From a bacterium (GTDB taxonomy: Bacteria; Zhuqueibacterota; Zhuqueibacteria; Residuimicrobiales; Krinioviventaceae), in contig CAXXMD010000003.1 of NCBI GenBank assembly GCA_963675755.2, positions 32,001-96,000 of the forward strand: a stretch of DNA of 64,000 bases. Direction: 5' to 3'. The number at the start of each line of letters is the position of its first letter. Position 1 is the first letter of the stretch. The position numbers were made by a program, and so were the translations under genes. Positions 37,782-48,078 of the stretch are shown here, piece by piece. The notes below the pieces were generated by a model. It ran no database searches. It saw only the letters and a list, made by a program, of their open reading frames with translations, and had not been told where the DNA came from.

Positions 37782-38937
37782 AATGTGATTTAAAATTCTC
37801 TAACAGTTTGTTTAAAACCAATATACCTTGTTCTAATTGAGCGGTTTCAATAAATTCGTCTTCGGTATGGGCCTGCTGCATATCTCCTACACCCCATAAC
37901 AATGTGTCATAACCGGCACCACTAAACTGCCCGGCATCAGAATACCAGGGTGCGGTTCGTAACACGTGCTCAATATCCATAGCATTCAAAGTTTCCTGCA
38001 TCAATGGCAGTAACCGGGAATCCTCTTTTAATGCAAAAGGCGGATATATCAGTAATTCCTTGTACTGCGCACCTTTGACAGTATTGATAAAATTCAACAG
38101 ACTGCTTTTATATCCCTCAATATCCGATCCCGGGCCGTAACGACAATCCACTGTCACTTCGCAGCTATTGGGAATGATATTAATAGCATCTCCTCCTTTA
38201 ACCAGTGTCATACTCAATGCGTTCCCATCGGTACTTTCAATAACGGGTTTCAAATCGGATTTCAAAAAATGCATAACATCTGCCATAATATCAATTGCAT
38301 TGATTCCCAAGTGAGGCGTTGAAGAGTGACAGGATTTTCCGGTTGTCTGGATTTGAAATCGCCATGTTCCATTATGACCGGTAACAATATCCATATTGGT
38401 GGGTTCTCCGGACAGCACCATATCCAATGGTATGGGTCTTCTAACCAAATCCTTTGCGCCAAAAGTACCGCCTTCTTCTCCCATGGTAGCCAAAAAGATC
38501 AGGTTAAAGGGTAAATCCTCATACTGGTGTTTTTTAAACCAGTTTAACATTGCAGTAATCATTACAGCCATAGTACCTTTGACATCTGTCGCACCACGTC
38601 CGTACAAGCGTCCATCACGGATCTCGGCGCCAAATGGAGATATTGTCATACCCTCGGTACTGACCGTATCCAAATGCGCTTCAAAAGCAAGTGTAGGTAA
38701 ACCCGGAACAAAAGTCTGGTGTCGGGCCATCATATTGGAGCGGTTCCCGTCAACAGGGAACAAGTTGACTTGAAAATCAAAATTCTCAAAATATTGTTTC
38801 AGCCATTGTGCTAAAAATGCCTCACCCATTCCCGTTTCACCATGGTCAGCGGTTGGGACTGAATTAATTTTAACAAGCTCTACAGCAAGATCAACAACAT
38901 TTAATATTTCATGATAAATGCACAAACATCTGGCCAT
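37774..38937 (-). CDS. M20 family metallo-hydrolase (ArgE/DapE-like)
   Basis: [40 protein letters not shown]. Confidence 0.9.
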   Translation of the reverse strand: MARCLCIYHEILNVVDLAVELVKINSVPTADHGETGMGEAFLAQWLKQYFENFDFQVNLFPVDGNRSNMMARHQTFVPGLPTLAFEAHLDTVSTEGMTISPFGAEIRDGRLYGRGATDVKGTMAVMITAMLNWFKKHQYEDLPFNLIFLATMGEEGGTFGAKDLVRRPIPLDMVLSGEPTNMDIVTGHNGTWRFQIQTTGKSCHSSTPHLGINAIDIMADVMHFLKSDLKPVIESTDGNALSMTLVKGGDAINIIPNSCEVTVDCRYGPGSDIEGYKSSLLNFINTVKGAQYKELLIYPPFALKEDSRLLPLMQETLNAMDIEHVLRTAPWYSDAGQFSGAGYDTLLWGVGDMQQAHTEDEFIETAQLEQGILVLNKLLENFKSHFE

Positions 38938-38969
38938 TTATTGCGTTCTTTCCTTAAAATGTAAAATAA

Positions 38970-41180
38970 TTATTTTCGCAGTATCATACCGCTTGAAGGT
39001 GGAATTGTCAGAGATTTTACCTTGATGTCACAAATAGGTTGGGTGCCCGCGTATTCATGATCTACAACAAGACACCAGGCGCCTTTTGGAAGATCAACAG
39101 CAATGCTTTTTTGTGTATTACCATTAAGATATACCAAAAAATCATTCGTATCACCGGTTTCTGCCTTGTTGAACATGCAACTTATAAACAAGGGATCAGG
39201 ATGTTCAAAGAACTCGATATTCGATTCATCGCTTTTCCGAAATACAGGGTGCTCATGTCTCAGGCTTATCAGACCTTTATAATAATCTACAAGCTCCCGA
39301 TTAATATCTGCATGTTCAAAATTGATCCAGTTGGTTTCATTGTCCTTGTTATAGCTGTTGTGATCAATCCTGCCCATATGACTGTCCGGTACAAGCGTGG
39401 GTGCGATAACCTTACTGCGTGCAAATTCTTGTCCCTCGCTGATCATCACCGGCCCCTGACATATCATAAGGATCAAAGCACCAAACTTGTTCAATGTCAG
39501 TTGTTCAGGTGTCAATAAAACCTGGTTTGGTGTACCTGCAACTACTTTATCATAAAATGCCTGACGTAACCCCAGCCTTACAAAATCACCAAAAGAGTGG
39601 TCATCATGAGATTCAAGATAATTAACTGAATGACGTTTATCCTGAAACAAACCGCCATCGTTAACAAGATTGCCGGTTATATATCGCTGTATGGTATTTT
39701 TATTATTAAATTCAAAATAATGTCCAAAAATGTATCCCAAGCCATTATCCGGATTTTGGCCTTTTACACCATTTCTCACCTGATCGTTCCAGGCAGCCCA
39801 GCCATGTTCAGAAAACTCGGCAGGATTGTAATACCCGCCACCCCAGGGCTCAGCGATCAAATGCACATTCGGATTTATTTTCTTTGCTTCCTCACGGATC
39901 AAATCCACAGTTTCCATATCAATCATGGCCGCCAGATCGAATCTAAATCCATCAATATGATATTCACGCATCCAATACTTTATACAGTCCACAATCATTT
40001 TGCGTGACATGGCGCGTTCTGTCTTGAAATCATTACCACAGCCGCTTGCCGAACAATAGCTATTATCATCATTCAACCGGAAATAATACTGTTTATCAAT
40101 ATGCTTGAATGGATTACGATCATATTGTGAGACATGATTAAAAACTACATCCAGAATAACTGCAATACCGCCTTTATGGCATGCTTTCACAACCTCTTTA
40201 AGCTCGGAAACCTGTTTACCATCTAATCCATTAACGTTGCCTTCAATCATGGTTCCATCGGTAGTATAATACGATTCAGGAGCAAAAAAATAAGAGGTCA
40301 TATACCCCCAGTGATTGCGGGCATAGGGATTCCAGGTATTGGTACTACCGTTTAAATTCTTGCCATAAGGGTGTTCCATATTACCAAACTCTTGTAATGG
40401 CAAAAATTCAACTGCATTCATACCCAAAGACTTTACATACTCTAATCCACCCTTGATTCCGGATTGAATAAATCCTTCATAACTGCCTTTCAATTTTTCA
40501 TCTACACCAGAGCTTTTGTGTGCGGTCATGTCCCGCAGGTGGCATTCATAGATCAATAAATCTTCCGGAGCAATAGAAACAGGTTTATCGTTTTCCCAAT
40601 CAAATCCATCTGTTTCCATAATCAGTGTTTTGCCGGGATGTAAATACTCATTCCGTGTTGCTACAACCTTGCTATACGGATCACAAATCAGAGTGTTTGC
40701 ATCAAAATATTCCATTCCGTCAACCGGCCGGTCCAGTTTATATCCATAAAAATAGCCTAAATAGTTACCCGGCAAACGGACTTCCCAAACGCCATCGCTT
40801 TGACGATGCATTTCATGCACTGTACCTTTTTGCTGTTCAAATGTTTCAAACAGCTCGAGTTTTACCCATTTTGCACGTGGTGCAAATACTCGAAAAAAAG
40901 TTTCACGATGGTCCCAAAAGCATCCCAATTCGCTGGCAGAGTAAAACCGGTCTAGAACATCACCGGTTTCCACCAATATTTGATTACCTTTGAATTTTAA
41001 TTTATATGTTGTTGCTAAATTTATTGATTCAGTACGTAAAACAATTGCATTATCACGGTTCTCAATTGAAAATATTTTCAAACCCGGAGTGAAAACAAAA
41101 TCCTGTACTTTACACTCGGGTATTTCATCAGCAAAATAAATCCATATTTGGTCAAATTCTTGTATTTTGGCAGTAATCAC
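38970..41180 (-). CDS. pulA: Type I pullulanase-like GH13 debranching enzyme
   Basis: CBM48-like FRVFAP, IYECHLRD, WGY...YFFAPE, LDVVFNH, DGFRFDL, AEPW, NYLESHD. Confidence 0.88.
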   Translation of the reverse strand: MITAKIQEFDQIWIYFADEIPECKVQDFVFTPGLKIFSIENRDNAIVLRTESINLATTYKLKFKGNQILVETGDVLDRFYSASELGCFWDHRETFFRVFAPRAKWVKLELFETFEQQKGTVHEMHRQSDGVWEVRLPGNYLGYFYGYKLDRPVDGMEYFDANTLICDPYSKVVATRNEYLHPGKTLIMETDGFDWENDKPVSIAPEDLLIYECHLRDMTAHKSSGVDEKLKGSYEGFIQSGIKGGLEYVKSLGMNAVEFLPLQEFGNMEHPYGKNLNGSTNTWNPYARNHWGYMTSYFFAPESYYTTDGTMIEGNVNGLDGKQVSELKEVVKACHKGGIAVILDVVFNHVSQYDRNPFKHIDKQYYFRLNDDNSYCSASGCGNDFKTERAMSRKMIVDCIKYWMREYHIDGFRFDLAAMIDMETVDLIREEAKKINPNVHLIAEPWGGGYYNPAEFSEHGWAAWNDQVRNGVKGQNPDNGLGYIFGHYFEFNNKNTIQRYITGNLVNDGGLFQDKRHSVNYLESHDDHSFGDFVRLGLRQAFYDKVVAGTPNQVLLTPEQLTLNKFGALILMICQGPVMISEGQEFARSKVIAPTLVPDSHMGRIDHNSYNKDNETNWINFEHADINRELVDYYKGLISLRHEHPVFRKSDESNIEFFEHPDPLFISCMFNKAETGDTNDFLVYLNGNTQKSIAVDLPKGAWCLVVDHEYAGTQPICDIKVKSLTIPPSSGMILRK

Positions 41181-41282
41181 TCGCTATTTCTTTCTCTTAA
41201 TCGATTTCAAATATTGAAACTCTGAAAAACACACTTCAAATCTGTAATTCCAAATGTAATCAATTTCAAATCTAAATGCAAT

Positions 41283-41723
41283 CTACTTGATTGCCTGTCC
41301 ATAAGTTGTTTTACTATTTTCAGCAAACAACTCGTAATCGCTTAACAATAAAAGATCTATTTTTTCTATAAGCAAAAATCTTTCCAAAAGTTTTTTACCC
41401 AGGTCCCATGCATTAGCCTCAAAAGCGACTTTATGCTCTCCTTTATCAATAGCTAACATTTTATTAAATTCAGCCAGATTATCATCTTTTTTGTACGCCA
41501 ACCATTGTAAAACATGGCCTGCTTCATGGAAAAGAAAAAACAGAACATTACTCAAATCAGAACTGTCAGTGTCATAATACACAACAATAGAATGAAATGG
41601 ATTATTGGGCGGATAATACCAGGCTGTATTTTTTTGTACCGGCACCAATTGGATTGATAAATCAGGAATTTCATCCCAGCATAAAAACGCCTTTGCCGAT
41701 TTTAATGTAGAAAATGAGACCAT
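41283..41723 (-). CDS. Small zincin-like metallopeptidase (HExxH; ImmA/IrrE-like pattern)
   Basis: FHEAGH plus downstream FEANAW; ATG 41723 with AGGA RBS just after the C10 peptidase stop. Confidence 0.6.
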   Translation of the reverse strand: MVSFSTLKSAKAFLCWDEIPDLSIQLVPVQKNTAWYYPPNNPFHSIVVYYDTDSSDLSNVLFFLFHEAGHVLQWLAYKKDDNLAEFNKMLAIDKGEHKVAFEANAWDLGKKLLERFLLIEKIDLLLLSDYELFAENSKTTYGQAIK

Positions 41724-41736
41724 TGCACCATCCTGA

Positions 41737-44700
41737 TTATCTTGCAAGCACCATCTTTTTAACCGATTCAAAACTATCAGTAGTTAAACGATAGAAATAG
41801 ATACCATTCCCCACACTATGCCCCATTGCATCCGTACCATCCCATTGAACCGAATAATATCCCGCAGACTGTTCTCTGTCAATCAGGCGAATCACATGCT
41901 GTCCCAGGACATTATACACATCCAGATTTACATGGGTATTTTCCGTAATGGAATATTCAATCCGTGTCTGCGGATTAAATGGATTGGGAAAATTCTGCAA
42001 CAGTTTAAATGACTCTGGCAATTGAGCGGATTGAGTATTAGAAATACCCGGCATTGGCGGTGTTTCACCCCATGTTTGCGCAAAAGATTTTCTTAAAACC
42101 GAGGGTTTGAACCATTCGTTTTCACCGGAAGATGATTGTGTTGAAATGGTTATCTCGCAGTGTTCCTGTACCGCAAACCAATACGCCTTGCCAGGTTCTA
42201 TAACATCTGTAAAAGTATAAGCAAAACGGACAGGGTCCCAGGCCCAAATATCTGCAACTGCGCCTGCCGGTTCTACTTGAATTTGAGAAACCGGGACCGG
42301 CTCTGAAACAGACCCCAGCAAATTCCATCCCGTCTCACACTGAATCGAATATGTGTGAATGGGTACTCCCGGGACAATTAGTGAACCTGCTTGCTCCGGT
42401 TTTACCCAGAATCCACTGATACTGTCAGTTTTATCGTCTTTAACAAATAATAAATTTTCAGTGTCCAACGTCAACCAGTCACAAACCTGCGGAAACAATG
42501 ATTCTATATTAAAAGTCTCACAATAAAGGGGTAATGAAATCAATTGCCATTCCGGGATATTAAAATCATATTGAAATTCAATACATCCCCCACCTCCGGT
42601 TGCTCCCATATCATTCAAAAGAGATCCCAAACCAGGCAATAAAGGTGTATTATCACTAATGGGATTTGGGACATCATAGTAAACCGGTGATGGATTCCCC
42701 GCATCTATACAGGGTGAAAAGATCGATAAATGGTATACCAATGAATCCGCAAAACCAGGAGCATTGGAAATATTACCAAAGTTCCATAAAAGGTGATTAT
42801 CGGGTGGGTCCTCAAAAAGTATCCAATCCTCTGTTGTATCTATACAACTGTAATTTAATTCAATCTCGTTAGCAACCGTACCCCTGTCCATAAAAAAATT
42901 ATGCCCGTAACGCCCCTCACTGTTACCAACAATACAGTTCATCAATGACAACCGGGTATTTGAATCCAGATACACATTCCCACCACTGCCAATGGTTGAA
43001 TTTTGTGTCAAAGTCACATTTACCAAAATCGGAGCTGAACCATTGTGCATGGAAACCGCACCACCGTCATAACGGCCAAAATTTCTGGCAATCAATACCT
43101 GATGCATCTGTGGAGAGGATGCATCCAGATAAAAGGCACCACCGTATCGAGCTGTATTACTCACAAACTGGCTTGACCGAATCTCCGGCATGGATTGCTC
43201 ACAATACATGGCACCACCATATTGACCTGCATTATTATGAAATTTACAATTCATAATAAACGGAAATGATTTATCAAGATACAGAGCACCAGCCCGGGCA
43301 CGATCCGTATTACTCTCTCCATTAACATCACGGACTGAGCAGTATATCAGCGAATCATCACTACCACTCTCTACAAAGCTCATACCACCCCACGTGCTAT
43401 TGCTGTCTATTGCACAAAAATGTACAGAATCTGTTACAGTACCTTTACTTATCAGCCGGGCATTTTTTCCAATGGTGAACGTATAATCTCCGGTAAATTC
43501 AACGCGGACTCCGGCCTCAATTTCAAGGGTATGCATGGCAGGTATCGCTATATCCGAATAGATGCGATATGGCTGCCCCGCAGCTATCCAGTTACCCCAA
43601 ACCCATGCAGTATCAACAACCGTTCCTTTTTGTACGTTTGCTAAAAGTGTAACCGACTTGAATCCATCATTCATTTGGACAGAAAGTGTATCCATATATT
43701 TTTGATTATAGGTACTGTTGGTTTCAAAACCAATTAACAGGCTGTCTATTTCACCCGAAACAAGTGTATTTGCAGACAGATCAGATAAAATTGTAAAATA
43801 TGTTGAATCAGCCAGATGGATTGAACCGATTTCTATCGTTTGATTTGAGCCATTTTTTATATACATCCAGGCTTGTTCAAGCTTGAAAGGATCTACTAAT
43901 CCCAGATCCAATGGATCAGGAACCAATGCCAACGCAACGCCTGTGCTTGGCGCAGCAAGTGCAGTTCCGCCAAAAGCTCCCATATTTATGCGAAAGCCAT
44001 GCGGGAACGGTTCGTCCCCCACGTCATCATTGGGGTCTCCTGCATCAATACCGGGAGAATTCTCTTCAAGCCTGAAATCATTTCCCAATGCATCCACAAA
44101 TCCGGGTGCATCAAACAGTAAATCCATGTTCTCAACTCTGCTGTCATCAAGCGCCCAGTCATTTGCCAAAGTATCCAATAAAGTATATCGCAATTTCACA
44201 CGATTATCATTGTTCATCCACAATCCTGTACCCGTGTCCGCAGAATTATTATTAATAATAGAATTTTTAATAAAAACAGCGTTTCCCCCACTGAGACTCA
44301 ACAACCCCCTGACAGAACATGAATTGCCATAGATTGTACAATTGACAAGATTTAAAGATGCTCCGGTTTGCAAATCTGCAATCGCGCCATAATACGCATC
44401 ATTATTAACAATCAAACAGTTTTTCAATATCGGGGCTGATTCTTGTCCGCTGACATATAACGTACCAATATCGCCGCTGTTGTTCGCAATTAAGCTTTTT
44501 TCAATCGTTGCATGTGATGCGTTAAATGCTACAGCACCGCCATATATCGCTAAATTGTTCTCAAGCCTTGAATGAGAGATATAGGGATGTGAACCATTTA
44601 TATTCAGTGCGCCACCTTTGTTTATTGTTTCAGATTCTGACCTGCCATCCTGAATAACGCAATAACGCAGCGAATCATCATCACCACTGTCATTAAATGT

Positions 44701-46479
44701 TATACCATACCAGCCATTATCAGCATTATCAGCCCTAAACCGTACCGAATCATTTTCTGAACCGTTCACCAAAAGTTGAGCATTCTCTCCCACCTCAAAA
44801 TAAAAAGGCTCCATAAAAACCACATCAACACCCGGCTCAATAGTCAAAACAGAATTGGGTTCAACTGCAACTGACTGAAAAATATAATACGGAGAACCAT
44901 TTTGCGTCCATGTACCCTGTACCTGCCCATTGTTTACAACTGTGCCTTGCCCCGGTACTCCATATCCTACCAGAGATACCTGCTGCCAGCGGTGTTGATT
45001 AGAATACTCGATCATCAAGCTGCCATCAAACCGACCGACACTGTCCGGAATACATCTCACCCAAACTGAAAAACTGGTTTTGGGCATCAAAACCTTACCT
45101 AAAATCGGTTTTATAAAGGCACTGTCAAATGCAACTTCAAAGTTGGGACTGGGAACAATCTGTCCTACATACAACATTTGCTCACTATTATTATATAATG
45201 TAATTTCAAATGCTTCTGACGTTTCATTTACTCTTGCAGGGTCAATATAGGCAACGCTGTCAGATAAAGCCACGGGAGACACCCATTCATCACCAACCCG
45301 TATATCTACTGTTCCCTTTTGCACCACATTATATCCGGCTCCCATATATTCCGGAATATGATACCACATATCCGTTATGGCATCCGGTTGGGTTGCACCC
45401 CAGCCAAAATTAACATGAAAAAATCCGTTTAAATTGTAACCATCCACCAAAATAGAGTGCCCGGCCACCGGAATGGATTGATTTATTGACAAATGCGCAG
45501 GAAGGGCATTCATCATATTTTCTTTCAAGCGCTGGAATAGCTTTTCATCAGGTTCCATATATTCCGCGCTCGCATAACCAAAACGTTGTTGCAAGATACG
45601 CGGCATAATCCCTGAAAATGTGCCCGAGTTTCCTGAAGCAAAATCCATAAACAATAATTCTGCACTCACTGCACTCAATGCTGAAATTTCGTCATTATCC
45701 AGCGCCTGATCAGATAACCAGGCTTGTCTGATTCGATCCAAATACCCGTTCAATGTCTGTAAAGAAGGAAAATCCAGTTCCAGACTGTCCTGATCAATAG
45801 CAATACCTCGGGTATCGGTTACATAACGATCATCGCGCCCCAGGGTTACCTCACCAATATGCTGATGATAATTCAATATCTGAGATAAAACAACACCCAC
45901 ACAACCAACGGGTGTACGCTGTAATGTTATAGGATCAAGTGGACAAAATCGGTTATACGGGGCACCCTGCTGCCAGGTGGTACTCACCCAGCCGCCGGTA
46001 ACTGAAGTTCCGGCTTCAGGCCATTGCAGAACCGCGGAATCATCTATCGCTCCTGGACCTAACAGATTTCTCCATAGCTGGTGATTTTGAGATATAATGA
46101 CAGGTGCAAGTAATGATCTGTTTTGCAAACGCATTTCCAGATCATATTGCATGAATCGATGTACATCGTTAGAAGAAAAATCAACAGGCGGGGTCTGTCT
46201 GAAATAAGCAATTACAGGTGGAAGATCCGTATTGTTAGATAAAATAGCAAACCCAGCGTCAGCAAAATCGGCAATATACCCAACATCATCAAATGTTGAT
46301 ATTTTTTGCAGGGCAATACTTTTTTTCAACTCGCGGGATTGGAGGGTAGAAACAGCAATATTCTTTTTATAAAACTGCACCGCAGCAGAACCGGCTTGCT
46401 CTATACTAACCGGTTCTGACATGATGGTACCTGACATGCTCAATACAAGGATAAAAAATATGTTAAATAATCGACTCAT
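41737..46479 (-). CDS. Secreted C10 (streptopain-like) peptidase with Ig-like and beta-helix repeats and T9SS-type C-terminal domain
   Basis: Signal peptide and propeptide; WQQG.PYN..CP, GCVG (Cys), GHS.LVDGY (His), HVNFGWG; two GTW....PY / N.A..GGA beta-helix blocks ending SP.IDAG.P; NFPNPFNP tail. Confidence 0.88.
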   Translation of the reverse strand: MSRLFNIFFILVLSMSGTIMSEPVSIEQAGSAAVQFYKKNIAVSTLQSRELKKSIALQKISTFDDVGYIADFADAGFAILSNNTDLPPVIAYFRQTPPVDFSSNDVHRFMQYDLEMRLQNRSLLAPVIISQNHQLWRNLLGPGAIDDSAVLQWPEAGTSVTGGWVSTTWQQGAPYNRFCPLDPITLQRTPVGCVGVVLSQILNYHQHIGEVTLGRDDRYVTDTRGIAIDQDSLELDFPSLQTLNGYLDRIRQAWLSDQALDNDEISALSAVSAELLFMDFASGNSGTFSGIMPRILQQRFGYASAEYMEPDEKLFQRLKENMMNALPAHLSINQSIPVAGHSILVDGYNLNGFFHVNFGWGATQPDAITDMWYHIPEYMGAGYNVVQKGTVDIRVGDEWVSPVALSDSVAYIDPARVNETSEAFEITLYNNSEQMLYVGQIVPSPNFEVAFDSAFIKPILGKVLMPKTSFSVWVRCIPDSVGRFDGSLMIEYSNQHRWQQVSLVGYGVPGQGTVVNNGQVQGTWTQNGSPYYIFQSVAVEPNSVLTIEPGVDVVFMEPFYFEVGENAQLLVNGSENDSVRFRADNADNGWYGITFNDSGDDDSLRYCVIQDGRSESETINKGGALNINGSHPYISHSRLENNLAIYGGAVAFNASHATIEKSLIANNSGDIGTLYVSGQESAPILKNCLIVNNDAYYGAIADLQTGASLNLVNCTIYGNSCSVRGLLSLSGGNAVFIKNSIINNNSADTGTGLWMNNDNRVKLRYTLLDTLANDWALDDSRVENMDLLFDAPGFVDALGNDFRLEENSPGIDAGDPNDDVGDEPFPHGFRINMGAFGGTALAAPSTGVALALVPDPLDLGLVDPFKLEQAWMYIKNGSNQTIEIGSIHLADSTYFTILSDLSANTLVSGEIDSLLIGFETNSTYNQKYMDTLSVQMNDGFKSVTLLANVQKGTVVDTAWVWGNWIAAGQPYRIYSDIAIPAMHTLEIEAGVRVEFTGDYTFTIGKNARLISKGTVTDSVHFCAIDSNSTWGGMSFVESGSDDSLIYCSVRDVNGESNTDRARAGALYLDKSFPFIMNCKFHNNAGQYGGAMYCEQSMPEIRSSQFVSNTARYGGAFYLDASSPQMHQVLIARNFGRYDGGAVSMHNGSAPILVNVTLTQNSTIGSGGNVYLDSNTRLSLMNCIVGNSEGRYGHNFFMDRGTVANEIELNYSCIDTTEDWILFEDPPDNHLLWNFGNISNAPGFADSLVYHLSIFSPCIDAGNPSPVYYDVPNPISDNTPLLPGLGSLLNDMGATGGGGCIEFQYDFNIPEWQLISLPLYCETFNIESLFPQVCDWLTLDTENLLFVKDDKTDSISGFWVKPEQAGSLIVPGVPIHTYSIQCETGWNLLGSVSEPVPVSQIQVEPAGAVADIWAWDPVRFAYTFTDVIEPGKAYWFAVQEHCEITISTQSSSGENEWFKPSVLRKSFAQTWGETPPMPGISNTQSAQLPESFKLLQNFPNPFNPQTRIEYSITENTHVNLDVYNVLGQHVIRLIDREQSAGYYSVQWDGTDAMGHSVGNGIYFYRLTTDSFESVKKMVLAR

Positions 46480-46547
46480 TTTGCTTCAAAATGTTTATAT
46501 CAATATACTATACAAAAGCTGACAGAATCTGCAAACAATATATTTAG

Positions 46548-47069
46548 CTATCCCCTGATTTCTACAATCTCACCAAAGTAAACGCGATGATAATCTTTTT
46601 TCGGATACAATTTATCAATATCAGAAGCAACAAACTGAGATGGTTCAAAATCGGCTTTATACATGGTTACGCATTCAATAACCATACTGGCCTCATTAAA
46701 ACAAGGGGCCTTGATTCTTGAAGATGCGACGGGGGTTAAACCGGCTTCTTTAATTTTATCACAATCTTTGCCGGAACGACTCCCCAAAATTTGTAATGCT
46801 TTGCGGTAATCTGTATTGAATGCATTCAGAGTAAAAGACTCGTATTTTTCCAGAAATTCCATCGTATAGCGAGTTGGTCTGACTACAATCTGAGCAAAAG
46901 GCTTGTGCCACATGGTACCAAAACTGCCCCATGCAACAGTCATGGCATTAAATTCATTTTTTTCAAAATCACCTGCTACCAGGGCATACCACTGGTTTGC
47001 CCACGCATCGTGGGGTTTTACTTGAAACGATTCTACAGGTATAGTTTTCAAAGACATAAACGCTCCCAT
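46548..47069 (-). CDS. Flavin reductase-like FMN-binding protein
   Basis: NAMTVAWG..G.MW.KP, VRPTRYT, GSRSG...DK, YH..YFGEI. Confidence 0.88.
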   Translation of the reverse strand: MGAFMSLKTIPVESFQVKPHDAWANQWYALVAGDFEKNEFNAMTVAWGSFGTMWHKPFAQIVVRPTRYTMEFLEKYESFTLNAFNTDYRKALQILGSRSGKDCDKIKEAGLTPVASSRIKAPCFNEASMVIECVTMYKADFEPSQFVASDIDKLYPKKDYHRVYFGEIVEIRG

Positions 47070-47072
47070 TAA

Positions 47073-47345
47073 TCAGGATTTGGACGAATTATCACCTCGA
47101 ACCAGGTGCAATATCCACACAAATAAAGCAGAACCAATAATTGACCATACAATGGGAATGCGATAAAAATAGAAAAAATCACGTATTCCCAGTTCTCTAC
47201 TCAACCAGGTTCCAATAATCGCGCCAATAAAGCCCAGCGCAATATTGGTAATACATCCATTACGGTTCACACCGGCAATTGCACTACCGATGGAGCCGCA
47301 AACAGATGCTACGAATAATAATATCAAGAAACCAAACAAAGTCAT
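47073..47345 (-). CDS. GlsB/YeaQ/YmgE (transglycosylase-associated) membrane protein
   Basis: Three Gly-rich TM helices; NIALGFIGAIIG.WL and SIIGS motifs. Confidence 0.85.
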   Translation of the reverse strand: MTLFGFLILLFVASVCGSIGSAIAGVNRNGCITNIALGFIGAIIGTWLSRELGIRDFFYFYRIPIVWSIIGSALFVWILHLVRGDNSSKS

Positions 47346-47361
47346 ATTGAATCCACCCGGT

Positions 47362-48078
47362 TTAATTATTCCCTTTTTTGGCAGTCAAAATCGCAATATT
47401 CAAAAACCGCCAGGGCATCTCAATTTCTTCAAAGCCGGCACTCTTTAGCCATTCAATTTTCTCTTCAATTTCACAAACATAATGCTGCTGCCTGAGAATA
47501 TTAGATTCGGTCAGGCTTTCAATCTGTTCTTTGCTTACTTTGCCCTGAACCATGGCATTTTGAATTATATTTACTTCAATATCATGAAAAACGCGGTTGA
47601 TGCGGTTGTTTTCTGTTGAAAAAAATTCACAGGATATCCAGCGTCCATCTGTATCCAGTTCCTCAATAGCTTCGCTAATCAAATCACGATGTCGATCTGT
47701 TTCCAGATAATCCAGTGTAAACGAAGACATAACCGCATGCAGGGGCCCCAAATTACTACACCATTGGGGATCATTCAAATCTTTATGCATGGGTATAAAT
47801 TGTCCTTTAAAGTCTTGAAGATTCGCTAGCGCTCTGTCCAAAATCTCTGTGCGGTTATCCAGTCCCATAATTACAGCTTCAGGGAAAAACTCAAAAATAC
47901 GCCGGGAGAGTTCGCCAAATCCACAACCCAGTTCCGCAACCCGAATTCTCTCCTCTCGGGGGAAATCCAGCATGGAAACCATAATATCATGGGCTTCACG
48001 AAATTTAGGGATTACAAACTCGTACAACGATTCCAGCAAATCAATTTCTTCTAATTGTGTTTGTTTTTTGTCATTCAT
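47362..48078 (-). CDS. Class I SAM-dependent methyltransferase
   Basis: Motif I VAELGCGFGE, GLD, AVMSSFTL; ATGA overlap with the upstream gene. Confidence 0.85.
   Translation of the reverse strand: MNDKKQTQLEEIDLLESLYEFVIPKFREAHDIMVSMLDFPREERIRVAELGCGFGELSRRIFEFFPEAVIMGLDNRTEILDRALANLQDFKGQFIPMHKDLNDPQWCSNLGPLHAVMSSFTLDYLETDRHRDLISEAIEELDTDGRWISCEFFSTENNRINRVFHDIEVNIIQNAMVQGKVSKEQIESLTESNILRQQHYVCEIEEKIEWLKSAGFEEIEMPWRFLNIAILTAKKGNN

Noticed and set aside
41195-41282. Short TTCAAAT-like repeats
   Set aside because: Irregular spacing and low complexity; no convincing hairpin or period.
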